Shown here one piece after another: positions 37,237-47,322 of a stretch of 64,000 nt of DNA; the stretch's first letter is position 1; every line of letters starts with the position of its first letter. The notes below the pieces were generated by a model. That model ran no database searches, was not told the DNA's origin, and worked only from the letters and a program-made list of their open reading frames with translations. The translations under genes were made by a program, and so were the position numbers. This DNA is from Limnohabitans sp. Rim8 (GTDB taxonomy: Bacteria; Pseudomonadota; Gammaproteobacteria; Burkholderiales; Burkholderiaceae_C): the NCBI RefSeq assembly GCF_945901735.1, contig NZ_CAMDLM010000019.1:8726-72725 (forward strand), written 5' to 3'.

Positions 37237-39945
37237 TCAGGCGGTCAGTGCCCGGTTGACCACTTCGTGCACGTCGTTCGACAGGCCTGCTTTGGCGGCC
37301 ACGCGCTCGATGGCAACTTTGGCCGCGCTACGGTAGGGCTCGGCCAGGCGGCTCCATCGGTCCATGGCGCGGGCAAGGCGTGCGGCCACTTGCGGGTTGA
37401 TGGCATCGAGCGCCAGCACCTGCTCGCTCCAATACACATAGCCTGCCGCATCGGCGCGGTGGAAACCTGCCGGGTTGGCGCTGCAGTAGCTGAAGATCAG
37501 GCTGCGGGCGCGGTTGGGGTTGCGCAAGCTGAAGTCCGCATGCTGCATGAGCTGGCGCACGCGGGGCAGCACGTCGCCAGCGCGGTCGGGTGCACCGGCT
37601 TGCAGGGCAAACCATTTATCGATGACCAAGGCCTCGTGCTGGAACAGCTTGTGGAAGAGGGCCAAGGCATCTTGCGCCAGGGCATGACCGCTGACCACCA
37701 ACGCCGACAAGGCATTGAAGCGGTCGGTCATGTTGCCGGCGACCTTGAACTGCTGGTAGACGCGGCCAGGCGTCACGGCATCACCGTTTTGCACGGCGGC
37801 GATGCACAGCATGGTCATGGCCAGACCCGCCAGGGCGCGGCGGCCACTTGACTGGGCATCAGGGGAATAAGCACCGTTGTGCTTGTGGGTGTCCCAGGCC
37901 CACTGCCAGTCGTCTTGCAGGGCGGTGGCCAATTGCAGGCGCATGTTTTCGCGCAAAGCGTGTACGCGCTGCGGATCCACCACATCCAGCTGGTCAGCGA
38001 TGTAATTTTCTGAAGGCAATGTGAGCGCCAGGTCCTTGAATGCGGCGTCCAATTGGGGGTGGCGCAGCACCTTGCGCAGCGCTTCCACCAAGGCGTCGGA
38101 CAACACGTGCTGGCCTGTCACGTCTTTGTTTTGCTGGATGGCATCGACGGCGCTTTGCAGCATCAGGCGTTGGCCAGCTTCCCATTGGTTGAACGGGTCA
38201 CTGTCGTGGGCCAACAAAATCAGCAGGTCGTCTGCAGACAGTCCGTCTTCCAATACCACTGGGGCACTGAAGCCCCGCAGCAACGAGGGAACGGGGTCGC
38301 TGTCGATGTTCACAAAGGTGTGGCTGGCACTGGCTTCGGTCAGCACCAGCGTGTGCTGCAGCGCGGTATCGTCAGAACCAGCCAGTTGCAGGGGCAGGGC
38401 TTGGCCATCTCGGCTGATCAGGCCCAGTGTGACGGGAATCACGAAGGGCGATTTGTGTTCTTGATCGGGGGTTGCCGGGCAGCTTTGGCTCAAGTTCAGC
38501 GTGAAGCTGCGCTCGGCGGCGTTGTAGCGCCCTGTCGCTTGCAGGCGGGGCGTGCCGGCTTGGCTGTACCAATGTTTGAAAGTGACCAGGTGCTGCGTCA
38601 AGGCCGAATTGGGGTTGGCGTCGGCAATGGCTTGCGCAAAGTCGTCGCAGGTCACGGCCTGGCCATCGTGGCGTTCAAAGTAGAGCTTCATGCCCTTGGC
38701 GAAGCCGTCGCGGCCTTGGCTGTCAGCGGGGCTGGTCACCAGCGTTTGCATCATGCGAACGACTTCAGAGCCTTTTTCGTAGATGGTGACGGTGTAGAAG
38801 TTGTTGATTTCCACATAACTGTCGGGCCGCACCGGGTGGGCCATGGGGCCGGCGTCTTCGGCAAACTGCACGGTGCGCAGCACACGCACGTCTTCAATGC
38901 GTTTGACGGCGCGGGCGCTGGTGTCGCCCGCCATGTCCTGGCTGAACTCCTGGTCGCGAAACACCGTGAGACCCTCTTTGAGCGAGAGCTGGAACCAGTC
39001 TCGGCAGGTGATGCGGTTGCCCGTCCAGTTGTGAAAGTACTCGTGGCCGACGACCGATTCGATGTTGCCAAAATCCACGTCTGTGGCGGTGGCGGGGTTG
39101 GCCAACACGTATTTGGTGTTGAAGATGTTCAGGCCCTTGTTTTCCATCGCGCCCATGTTGAAGTCGCTGGTCGCCACAATCATGAAACGCTCCAGGTCCA
39201 GTGGCAGACCAAAGCGGGCTTCGTCCCAAGCCACGCTGGCCATGAGCGAGTTCATGGCGTGTTCGGTCTTGTCCAGATCGCCGGGTCGCACAAACACTTG
39301 CAGCAAGTGCTCTTTGCCACTGCGGCTGAGGATGCGTTGCTCGCGTGCGACCAGCTGACCGGCGACGAGGGCAAACAGGTAACAGGGTTTTTTGTGCGGG
39401 TCGACCCACCTGGCAAAGTGACGGCCGTCGTCCAGCGCGCCTTGTTCGACCAGATTGCCGTTGCTCAGCAGCACCGGGTATTTGGCCTTGTCGGCACGCA
39501 GCGTGACGCTGTAGCTGGCCATCACATCCGGGCGGTCCAGGAAGTAGGTAATGCGGCGGAAACCCTCGGCTTCGCATTGCGTGAAGAAGGTGCCTTGGCT
39601 GACATACAAGCCCATCAGCTGGGTGTTTTTCTCGGGGTTGCAGGTGGTGAAAATTTCCAGCTCGAAGGGCTCATGGCCCTCGGGCAAGTTCTCCAGCACC
39701 AACTGATGGCCGTCCATCTTGAACGAGGTGCCACCGCCATTGACCAGCACGCGTGCCAGGTTCAGGTCTTCGCCATCCAGTCGCAGCGGCTGCGCCGCCA
39801 CGTCGGGGTTGCGGCGCAGGCGCATCTTGCTCAGCACGCGGGTTTTGGTCGGGTCGAGGTCGAACGTCAGATCGACCGTGTCGATCCAGAAGGCCGGGGC
39901 GGCATAAGCTTCCCGGTCAATCGCGGTGGGTTGTCCGTCACGCAT
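37237..39945 (-). CDS. pepN: aminopeptidase N
   Basis: GAMENKGLN and [11 protein letters not shown] (HExxH), with [16 protein letters not shown] 39945 is preferred because AGGA lies 8 nt upstream; the track start at 39948 is GTG. Confidence 0.92.
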   Translation of the reverse strand: MRDGQPTAIDREAYAAPAFWIDTVDLTFDLDPTKTRVLSKMRLRRNPDVAAQPLRLDGEDLNLARVLVNGGGTSFKMDGHQLVLENLPEGHEPFELEIFTTCNPEKNTQLMGLYVSQGTFFTQCEAEGFRRITYFLDRPDVMASYSVTLRADKAKYPVLLSNGNLVEQGALDDGRHFARWVDPHKKPCYLFALVAGQLVAREQRILSRSGKEHLLQVFVRPGDLDKTEHAMNSLMASVAWDEARFGLPLDLERFMIVATSDFNMGAMENKGLNIFNTKYVLANPATATDVDFGNIESVVGHEYFHNWTGNRITCRDWFQLSLKEGLTVFRDQEFSQDMAGDTSARAVKRIEDVRVLRTVQFAEDAGPMAHPVRPDSYVEINNFYTVTIYEKGSEVVRMMQTLVTSPADSQGRDGFAKGMKLYFERHDGQAVTCDDFAQAIADANPNSALTQHLVTFKHWYSQAGTPRLQATGRYNAAERSFTLNLSQSCPATPDQEHKSPFVIPVTLGLISRDGQALPLQLAGSDDTALQHTLVLTEASASHTFVNIDSDPVPSLLRGFSAPVVLEDGLSADDLLILLAHDSDPFNQWEAGQRLMLQSAVDAIQQNKDVTGQHVLSDALVEALRKVLRHPQLDAAFKDLALTLPSENYIADQLDVVDPQRVHALRENMRLQLATALQDDWQWAWDTHKHNGAYSPDAQSSGRRALAGLAMTMLCIAAVQNGDAVTPGRVYQQFKVAGNMTDRFNALSALVVSGHALAQDALALFHKLFQHEALVIDKWFALQAGAPDRAGDVLPRVRQLMQHADFSLRNPNRARSLIFSYCSANPAGFHRADAAGYVYWSEQVLALDAINPQVAARLARAMDRWSRLAEPYRSAAKVAIERVAAKAGLSNDVHEVVNRALTA

Positions 39946-40079
39946 CACATAGGTCCTGTCTTGGTCGTTGTACCGTCATCGCGAGCCCAGCGCGGCGATC
40001 CAGGCAACTGGACTGCCAAACTGCGCTTGCAGCGACGAGCTGAGAGGCGGCTTTAGGCTCATTGACCCTGGCATTTTGG

Positions 40080-41184
40080 TCAGAGGCCTTGTTTCAGTGA
40101 GGCTTCGATGAACGCATCGAGGTCGCCATCAAGCACCTTTTGGGTAGCCGAAATTTCGACGTTGGTGCGCAAATCCTTGATGCGGCTGTTGTCCAGCACA
40201 TAGCTGCGGATCTGGTGACCCCAGCCCACATCGGTCTTGGTGTCTTCCAGTTTTTGCTGCTCTTCCATGCGTTTGCGCATTTCGAAGTCGTACAGTCGCG
40301 AGCGCAGGCGTTGCCAAGCGACATCGCGGTTGCTGTGCTGGCTTCGGCCGTCCTGGCACTGCACCACGATGCCCGTGGGGATGTGCGTCAGACGCACGGC
40401 CGAATCCGTCTTGTTGATGTGCTGACCGCCCGCGCCGCTGGCACGGAAGGTGTCGGTGCGCACGTCTGACGGGTTGATGTTGATCTCGATCGAGTCGTCG
40501 ATTTCGGGGTACACAAACAGCGAGGCAAACGAGGTGTGGCGGCCGCCTGACGAGTCGAACGGGCTCTTGCGCACCAGGCGGTGCACGCCGGTTTCGGTGC
40601 GCAGCAAGCCAAACGCGTATTCGCCTTCGATCTTGATGGTCGCACCCTTGATGCCTGCAGTGTCGCCCGGTGTTTCGTCTTCCACCGTGGCCTTAAAGCC
40701 CTTGCGTTCGGCGTACTTGAGGTACTGGCGCAGCAGCATGCTGGCCCAGTCGCAGGCTTCTGTACCACCGGCACCGGCCTGGATGTCGACAAAGCAGTTG
40801 AGCGGGTCGGCCTCGTGGCGGAACATGCGGCGGAACTCCAAGTCTGCGACCAGCGCTGTCAGTTTGGCGGTTTCGGCTTCGATGGTCAGCAGGCCATCGT
40901 CATCGCCTTCTTCCTTGCTCATTTCAAAGAGTTCAAGGTTGTCGGCCAATTCGCGGGTCAGGTTGGTGATGGTCACCACCACGCCGTCCAACGCTTTTTT
41001 CTCTTTGCCCAACTCCTGGGCTTTTTTGGGGTCGTTCCAAACTGAGGGATCTTCGAGGGATGCGTTGACGGTTCTCAGCCGTTCAGATTTGGCATCGTAG
41101 TCAAAGATACCCCCGTAACTCGTGGGTACGAGCGGTCAGGTCTGTGAGGGTTGCGCCGATTTGGTTGATGTGTTCTGCGTCCAT
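40080..41184 (-). CDS. prfB: peptide chain release factor 2, requiring a programmed +1 frameshift
   Basis: ORF0 is ATG 41184 .. CGG GGG TAT CTT TGA (stop at 41103-41101). The +1 frame from 41102 continues as DYDAKSERL... and joins track ORF 40080..41012. SPF and GGQ ([10 protein letters not shown]) motifs are present. Confidence 0.93.
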
Positions 41185-41255
41185 GGGGAAGGTGTCCGAT
41201 TCCGTAAACCAGACATTTTCTCATGAGTTGGTGCGACGCATGCCCCCGGCAAGGC

Positions 41256-41786
41256 TTAAAACTGCCGACCGTAAGAGAACATCAGGCCAGCGCTGCCCAA
41301 AAACTTGACTTGTACCGAGTCGTGTTGCGTCAACTTGTAGCCCAAGGAGGGGATGATGGCCGGGTTGAACCCCTTGTAGTTGAGGGGCACCTTGCCCTCG
41401 TAAGGGGCCACGTAGCCATACATCAGGCCGCCCGTGACTTTGGCGAACAGTTCGGGCATGCCCATCAGGTGGTTGTACTGCAGACCCAAATAAACATAGG
41501 CCGAAGGCTGGCCAAAGGAGTTGCTGAAAAAACTGACGCCGCACAAACGGTCGCCGGGCAGTTGTTCATCTATCGCCACCAAGACCACTGGTTTGTGTTC
41601 CGTGCTGTGGTTCCAGTGGTGGGTGTAAGGGGAAAACGTGAACTCACCCCGATGTGCAGGCTCGGGGGCCCCTTGGACGGACAAAAAGTCTGGGCAAAAG
41701 CGGTTGCTGGTTTGTGCTTGTGCCAAAGACAAGCATGAACACCCAAATGCAATCAGGAAAAAACGGGAAATGTGGGTGACCTGCAT
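41256..41786 (-). CDS. small outer-membrane beta-barrel protein, possibly a PagP-like lipid A acyltransferase
   Basis: Signal peptide ending LAQA-Q, alternating beta-strand pattern, and a C-terminal ...FSYGRQF with terminal Phe. The resemblance to PagP is loose. Confidence 0.4.
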   Translation of the reverse strand: MQVTHISRFFLIAFGCSCLSLAQAQTSNRFCPDFLSVQGAPEPAHRGEFTFSPYTHHWNHSTEHKPVVLVAIDEQLPGDRLCGVSFFSNSFGQPSAYVYLGLQYNHLMGMPELFAKVTGGLMYGYVAPYEGKVPLNYKGFNPAIIPSLGYKLTQHDSVQVKFLGSAGLMFSYGRQF

Positions 41787-41823
41787 GTTGGTTCATCATC
41801 AAAAAAATGGATTCTAGGGCTTT

Positions 41824-42738
41824 TCAGTGACTGAATTTTTCAATCAGACGGGCCAGAGTTTCTGGTTGGTCGTGTTGCAGCATGTGCCCTGCGTCCTGAA
41901 TGACCGCTTTCTCCACGTGTGGCACCGCTTGCAGTCGCTCATGGTATTGGGCCAGGGTGTAACGGCCTTTCCACCATTGGCCAAGCGAGTCGTCTGCCGC
42001 CTCCACGGCGAGCACGGGGGCGCTGATGCGGCGGTACATTTCCAACGCCTCGTCGACGTGGTAAATGTAGGGGTTGATGACCTTGTGCGCCGAGTCCCCC
42101 AGAATGCACCACTGCCCATCGGGGCCGGGGCGGGCCCAGTGCAGGGCCAGCCAGTCGGCCTTGTCCTGGCTCAGACGGCGGTTGGTTTTCATCAGGCGCG
42201 CGGCAACGCCCGCTGCATCGGCATAGGGTTTGAGGTCGTTGCTGCCTGCCCGCTGCGCCTTGAGTTCGTCCAGCCATTGGGCCATGCGCGTGGGCGCTTG
42301 GCTCGCTTGGGTGGCAGCCATGCCAAAGCCTTCGAGGTTGACCAAGCGGCGGATGCGCTCGGGGCGGGTGCCCGCATACATCATGACCACGTTGCCGCCC
42401 ATGCTGTGGCCGACCAAGTCGATGGTCTGTTCGGGGTAAAGGTGGTCCAGCAAGGCGTCCAGATCGGCCAGGTAGTCGGGGAACCAATAACTGTCGGTGG
42501 CGGGTGTCTCGGTCAGGCCGTAGCCGCGCCAGTCCATGGCCATGATGGGGCGGTGGTTGACAAAGGTTTGGCTGAACGCGTCCACCATGAACTGCCAGGA
42601 GGCCGCCACATCCATCCAGCCATGCGCCAGCACCAGTGGCGTGGCGCCGGGTGCAGGGTTTCCCCATTGCCGGACGTGGTAATGACAGCCGCGCAGCGGC
42701 ACCCAAAGACTTTGTGAGGGGCGTAAAACTTGGTACAT
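41824..42738 (-). CDS. alpha/beta hydrolase
   Basis: LVLAHGWMD and the nucleophile elbow VGHSMGG, with a C-terminal DAGHMLQHDQPE. The start is ambiguous (42738, 42750 or 42771). Confidence 0.8.
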   Translation of the reverse strand: MYQVLRPSQSLWVPLRGCHYHVRQWGNPAPGATPLVLAHGWMDVAASWQFMVDAFSQTFVNHRPIMAMDWRGYGLTETPATDSYWFPDYLADLDALLDHLYPEQTIDLVGHSMGGNVVMMYAGTRPERIRRLVNLEGFGMAATQASQAPTRMAQWLDELKAQRAGSNDLKPYADAAGVAARLMKTNRRLSQDKADWLALHWARPGPDGQWCILGDSAHKVINPYIYHVDEALEMYRRISAPVLAVEAADDSLGQWWKGRYTLAQYHERLQAVPHVEKAVIQDAGHMLQHDQPETLARLIEKFSH

Positions 42739-42763
42739 ACTTTCGATCATAAGGAGACACACC

Positions 42764-44590
42764 GTGAACATCAGTCGCCACCAGGACCGCCCAGCCGCGC
42801 CCCAGGAAGCCTTCGGCTCGCTGCCCCCCTTAACACCCCAGCACCCGAGCCGAAGTCGGGCCGCCGACCGCTATGCGGCCATCCACCAAGGTTTTGGCTG
42901 GAAAGTGCCCAAGCGCTTCAACATGGCGCAGGCCTGTTGCGGGCAATGGGCAGCGCAAGCGGCAACCGCCCAACACCACGCCGTGCGCGAGCATGTGGCA
43001 GGGCAGGGCCTGGGGCGCAGCTGGACCTTCGGGCAGCTGCAGCTAGACGCCAATCGGCTGAGTCGGGTGCTGCATTCTCACGGCGTGCAGCGTGGTGACC
43101 GCGTGGCCATCGTCATGCCCCAGCGCTATGAGACGGCGGTGGCCTATATGGCCGTGCTGCAGATGGGCGCGGTGGCCATGCCACTGTCGATGCTGTTTGG
43201 CCCCGAGGCCTTGTCATTTCGCATCAACGATAGCCAAGCTCGCGTGGCGGTGTGCGATGAATCCACCGTGCAGGCCTTGCTGCAGGCCAGAACAGATTGC
43301 CCCGGTTTGCAGACGCTGTTGGGGGTAGGCGAGGCGGGTGCCTTGGCCGACCTGGACCTGAACCAAGCCATGGCCGCCAGCGCGAGCACCTTCAAACCCG
43401 TGTCCACTTGGGCGCAAGAACCGGCGGTGCTGATCTATACCAGCGGCACCACCGGCAACCCCAAGGGGGCCTTGATTCCGCACCGGGCACTGATCGGCAA
43501 CCTCACGGGCTTTGTGTGCAGTCAGAACTGGTTTGGCTTTGACCCTTTCAAGATCGAGCGGCCCTCCAAAGCGGTGTTCTGGTCGCCTGCCGACTGGGCC
43601 TGGACGGGCGGGCTGATGGACGCCTTGTTGCCCAGCCTGTACTTTGGCCGGCCCATCGTGGCCTTCAACGGGCGGTTTTCCCCCGAAGAGGCCTTCGAGA
43701 TCATGCAAAGCCACGGCGTGACGCACACCTTTTTGTTCCCCACCGCGCTCAAAGCCATGATGAAGGCCGTGCCCGAGGTCAAGGGGCGCTACCGCCTGCA
43801 ACTGCAAGCCATGATGAGCGCGGGCGAAGCGGTGGGTGACGCGGTGTTTGGCTACTGCCAGCAGCAGTTGGGCGTCACCGTGAACGAGATGTTCGGCCAG
43901 ACCGAGATCAACTACGTGGTGGGCAACTGCGCCCGTTTGTGGCCCGCCAAGCCCGGCAGCATGGGCAAGGGCTATCCGGGACACCAGGTGGCGGTGATTG
44001 ACGATTCCGGGCGCTTATGCCCCGCAGGCACGCCCGGCGAAGTGGCGGTGAACCGCTTCGATGTGCACGGCCAGCCTGACCCGGTGTTCTTTTTGGGCTA
44101 TTGGAACAACGATCGGGCCACGAAGGCCAAATACACCGGCAACTGGTGCCGCACAGGCGACATGGCGGTGGCGGATGAGGAAGGCTACCTTTGGTACCAG
44201 GGCCGCACCGACGACATGTTCAAGGCGGCGGGTTACCGCATCGGGCCCGGCGAGATTGAAAACTGTTTGGTCAAGCACCCGGCTGTGGCCAATGCCGCCG
44301 TGGTGCCCAAGCCCGACAGGGACCGGGGGGCGCTGGTCAAAGCCTATGTCGTCATGTCGCCCGACTGGCAAAGCCGCAGGCCCACTGGGCCAGAGCAGAC
44401 GACTTTTGACGACGAGGTGCGCCGCGAACTGCAAGCCCATGTGCGCGGTTTGCTCGCCCCTTACGAATACCCCAAAGAGATCGAATTCATCGACCAGTTG
44501 CCGATGACCACCACCGGCAAGGTACAGCGCCGCGTCTTGCGATTGCAGGAAGAAGCACGCGCGACAGCCCACATCGCTGGAAAGACGTGA
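42764..44590 (+). CDS. AMP-forming acyl-CoA synthetase
   Basis: GTG 42764 lies 7 nt after AAGGAG. IYTSGTTGNPKG, YGQTE-like FGQTE, and TGDMAV...GRTDDMFK. Confidence 0.85.
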   Translation: MNISRHQDRPAAPQEAFGSLPPLTPQHPSRSRAADRYAAIHQGFGWKVPKRFNMAQACCGQWAAQAATAQHHAVREHVAGQGLGRSWTFGQLQLDANRLSRVLHSHGVQRGDRVAIVMPQRYETAVAYMAVLQMGAVAMPLSMLFGPEALSFRINDSQARVAVCDESTVQALLQARTDCPGLQTLLGVGEAGALADLDLNQAMAASASTFKPVSTWAQEPAVLIYTSGTTGNPKGALIPHRALIGNLTGFVCSQNWFGFDPFKIERPSKAVFWSPADWAWTGGLMDALLPSLYFGRPIVAFNGRFSPEEAFEIMQSHGVTHTFLFPTALKAMMKAVPEVKGRYRLQLQAMMSAGEAVGDAVFGYCQQQLGVTVNEMFGQTEINYVVGNCARLWPAKPGSMGKGYPGHQVAVIDDSGRLCPAGTPGEVAVNRFDVHGQPDPVFFLGYWNNDRATKAKYTGNWCRTGDMAVADEEGYLWYQGRTDDMFKAAGYRIGPGEIENCLVKHPAVANAAVVPKPDRDRGALVKAYVVMSPDWQSRRPTGPEQTTFDDEVRRELQAHVRGLLAPYEYPKEIEFIDQLPMTTTGKVQRRVLRLQEEARATAHIAGKT

Positions 44591-44670
44591 CGCGTGACAA
44601 AATCTCGCCTTTTGTCCCGAGCCAGAATTTGGGGCACAACCGCTGACATAAAAACCGAACAGGAAACACC

Positions 44671-45732
44671 ATGAAAACCGTTCAACTCGGACATTCCGAT
44701 TTGCAAGTCACCCCCATTTGCCTCGGCACCATGACCTTTGGCCAGCAGGTCAACGAAGCCGATTCGCACGCCATCTTGGACCGATCATTGGCGGCCGGCA
44801 TCAACTTCATCGATACCGCCGAGATCTATGCCGTGCCCACCACCGCAGACACTTGTGGTTTCACCGAAACCTATATCGGCAACTGGTTCGCCAAAAACCC
44901 CGGTGTTCGGCAAAAGCTGGTGCTGGCCACCAAAGTGGCAGGGCCTTTCCGTGGCATGCCTTGGGTCCGTGAGGGTTCCGGCATGACTGGGCAAGACATC
45001 CTGAATTCTTGCGATGCCAGTTTGCGCCGCCTGCAAACTGATGTGATCGACCTGTACCAAATCCACTGGCCCGAGCGCCATGTGCCAGTGTTTGGCATGA
45101 CCTACTTTGACCCGGCCAAAGACAAATCGGTCACCTCCATCCACGAGCAACTCGAAGCGCTGTCCAGGCTGGTCAAGGCGGGCAAGGTGCGCTACATCGG
45201 CTTGTCCAACGAAAGCCCTTACGGAGTGCACGAATTTGTACGATTGGCCGAGCAGCATGGCTTGCCCCGTGTGGCCACAGTGCAAAACCCCTACTGCCTG
45301 GTCAGCCGCACCTATGACAATGGCTTGGACGAGACTTGCTACCGTTTGAACGTGTCCATGTTGGCGTATTCGCCGCTGGGTTTTGGTTTGCTCACAGGCA
45401 AATACGACCAAGAAGATTTGGCCGGTCCCTTGGTGCCCGATGGCGGCCGCATTGCCCGCTACGACTCGATGCGCAAACAGCGCTGGGGGCGCCCGGAAGC
45501 CCTTGCTGCCGCCCGCCGTTACAACCAGTTGGCGCGTGACCACGGCATGACACCGACCCAAATGGCGCTGGCCTTTTGCTACCACCGCTGGAGCGTGACC
45601 AGCACCATCATTGGCGTCACATCGCTGGCGCAGCTGAACGAAGACCTTTCCGCCTGGTCGGTGCAGCTGTCGCCCGAGGTGCTCAAGGCGATTGACGAGA
45701 TCCGTTGGGAAATGCGCGACCCGGCTTTGTGA
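44671..45732 (+). CDS. NADP(H)-dependent aldo/keto reductase (Tas-like)
   Basis: LGTMTFGQQ, INFIDTAEIY and GKVRYIGLSNE. Confidence 0.85.
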   Translation: MKTVQLGHSDLQVTPICLGTMTFGQQVNEADSHAILDRSLAAGINFIDTAEIYAVPTTADTCGFTETYIGNWFAKNPGVRQKLVLATKVAGPFRGMPWVREGSGMTGQDILNSCDASLRRLQTDVIDLYQIHWPERHVPVFGMTYFDPAKDKSVTSIHEQLEALSRLVKAGKVRYIGLSNESPYGVHEFVRLAEQHGLPRVATVQNPYCLVSRTYDNGLDETCYRLNVSMLAYSPLGFGLLTGKYDQEDLAGPLVPDGGRIARYDSMRKQRWGRPEALAAARRYNQLARDHGMTPTQMALAFCYHRWSVTSTIIGVTSLAQLNEDLSAWSVQLSPEVLKAIDEIRWEMRDPAL

Positions 45733-45741
45733 TTTCGGCCC

Positions 45742-46233
45742 ATGGGCAAAAAAGACAAAGTCAGTGAGACCCCCGCCACGGCGCTCTTGCGCCAGCACGG
45801 GGTGGCCTTCACCGAGCACCCCTATGAGTACCTCGAGCATGGCGGCGCGCAGCACAGCGCCCAGGTGCTGGGCATGGACCCGTTCAGTGTGGTCAAGACC
45901 CTGATCATGCAAGACCAAGACGCCAAGCCGTTGGTGGTGCTGATGCATGGCAACTGCAAGGTGTCCACCAAAAACCTGGCGCGTCAAGTGGGGCTCAAAT
46001 CCATTGAGCCTTGCAGCCCCGAAGTGGCCAACCGCCACAGTGGTTACCTGGTGGGCGGCACTTCGCCCTTTGCGACGCGCAGGCAGATGCCGGTTTTCGT
46101 CGAAGAAACCATCCTGGCTTTGCCGCGCATATGCATCAATGGCGGCAGGCGCGGTTATTTGGTGGGCATCGACCCGCAGGTGTGTGTTCAGCTGCTGGGT
46201 GCGCTGCCGGTGAACTGCGCACTGGCAGAATGA
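45742..46233 (+). CDS. ybaK: Cys-tRNA(Pro)/Cys-tRNA(Cys) deacylase YbaK
   Basis: TPATALLRQHGVAFTEHPYEY...VVKTLIM...GYLVGGTSPF...ICINGGRRG. Confidence 0.8.
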   Translation: MGKKDKVSETPATALLRQHGVAFTEHPYEYLEHGGAQHSAQVLGMDPFSVVKTLIMQDQDAKPLVVLMHGNCKVSTKNLARQVGLKSIEPCSPEVANRHSGYLVGGTSPFATRRQMPVFVEETILALPRICINGGRRGYLVGIDPQVCVQLLGALPVNCALAE

Positions 46234-46261
46234 GGCCCTGACAAGGACTAGGGAGCTTTTG

Positions 46262-46891
46262 ATGGATGTGTGGATGCCAGTGGCTGTGTTGGTGGCCAGT
46301 TATTTGTTGGGCTCGCTCAGTTTCGCGGTGATCGTGAGCCGCCTGATGGGCCTGAACGACCCGCGCAGCTACGGCAGTAAAAACCCAGGCGCCACCAATG
46401 TGCTGCGTTCGGGCAGCAAAAAAGCAGCCATCCTGACCTTGCTGCTGGACGCGTTCAAAGGCTGGTTGCCAGTGGCGCTGGTGCTGGCCTATGGCCCCGA
46501 ACACGGTGCTGGCGCTGGTTTGGCCGCGCTGGCCGGTTTGGCCGCCTTTTTGGGGCACCTGTACCCGGTCTTTTTTGGTTTTGCCGGGGGCAAGGGCGTG
46601 GCCACGGCAGTGGGTGTGGTGGTGGGCGTGAACGGCAGCTTGGCGCTGGCGGTGGTGCTCAGCTTTGCCATCGTGTTGTTTTTCTCGCGCTACGTCTCCT
46701 TGGCCTCGATGGTGGCGGCGGTGTTTGCACCTGTTTTTTTCCTGTTCGGAGATGGGGTGGCCTGGCCAGCGTCTTTGTCCGAAGTGTTGAGCTTGGCGGT
46801 CATGGCCTTGCTGCTGGTCTGGCGGCACCGAGAAAACATCCACCGCTTGATGGCGGGCACTGAGTCACAACTGGGAAAGAAAAAAGCATGA
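46262..46891 (+). CDS. plsY: glycerol-3-phosphate acyltransferase PlsY
   Basis: ATG 46262 lies 6 nt after GGGAG. GSKNPGATNVLR and GGKGVAT. Confidence 0.9.
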   Translation: MDVWMPVAVLVASYLLGSLSFAVIVSRLMGLNDPRSYGSKNPGATNVLRSGSKKAAILTLLLDAFKGWLPVALVLAYGPEHGAGAGLAALAGLAAFLGHLYPVFFGFAGGKGVATAVGVVVGVNGSLALAVVLSFAIVLFFSRYVSLASMVAAVFAPVFFLFGDGVAWPASLSEVLSLAVMALLLVWRHRENIHRLMAGTESQLGKKKA

Positions 46892-47247
46892 GCCAAGACC
46901 TTCAGCGGTTGCACGTGGCGGCCCGTTACAGCGAAGCGGCTGTTTTCAATGGTGTGGTGTACTTGGCGGGCATGGTGCCCGAGTGCGAGGCCACCGACAT
47001 CCGCAGCCAAACGGCCGATGTGTTGAAACAGATCGAGCTGCGCCTGGCCGAGGCGGGCAGCGACAAAACCCGCATCCTGCGCACCCAGATTTACCTCAAA
47101 GACATCGCCGACATCGCCGCCATGAACGAGGTGTGGGACGCCTGGGTGGTGTCAGGCAGCGCACCACCCCGTGCCACGGTTCAGGCAGCACTGGCCAATC
47201 CGGTTTATTTGATCGAGGTGGTGGTCACGGCGGCGGTCAAGCCCTGA
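46888..47247 (+). CDS. RidA/YjgF family protein
   Basis: ATGA overlap with plsY. The protein is 119 aa with a YLKDIADIAAMNEVWDAW...PPRATV pattern. Confidence 0.75.
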   Translation: MSQDLQRLHVAARYSEAAVFNGVVYLAGMVPECEATDIRSQTADVLKQIELRLAEAGSDKTRILRTQIYLKDIADIAAMNEVWDAWVVSGSAPPRATVQAALANPVYLIEVVVTAAVKP

Positions 47248-47269
47248 CACATCAGGCTTTTTCAGGCCA

Positions 47270-47301
47270 AAAAAATGGGCATCTATTGATGCCCATTTTT
47301 C
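47270..47301. terminator. bidirectional rho-independent terminator (predicted)
   Basis: AAAAA ATGGGCATC tatt GATGCCCAT TTTT lies between convergent genes. Confidence 0.8.
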
Positions 47302-47322
47302 GTCCTGATCAGCCCAGAAACA

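Noticed and set aside
38053-40056. 667-aa ORF on the plus strand
   Set aside because: It is antisense to pepN, which has HExxH and GAMEN motifs. It has no start context and a repetitive G/V/A/H/Q composition.
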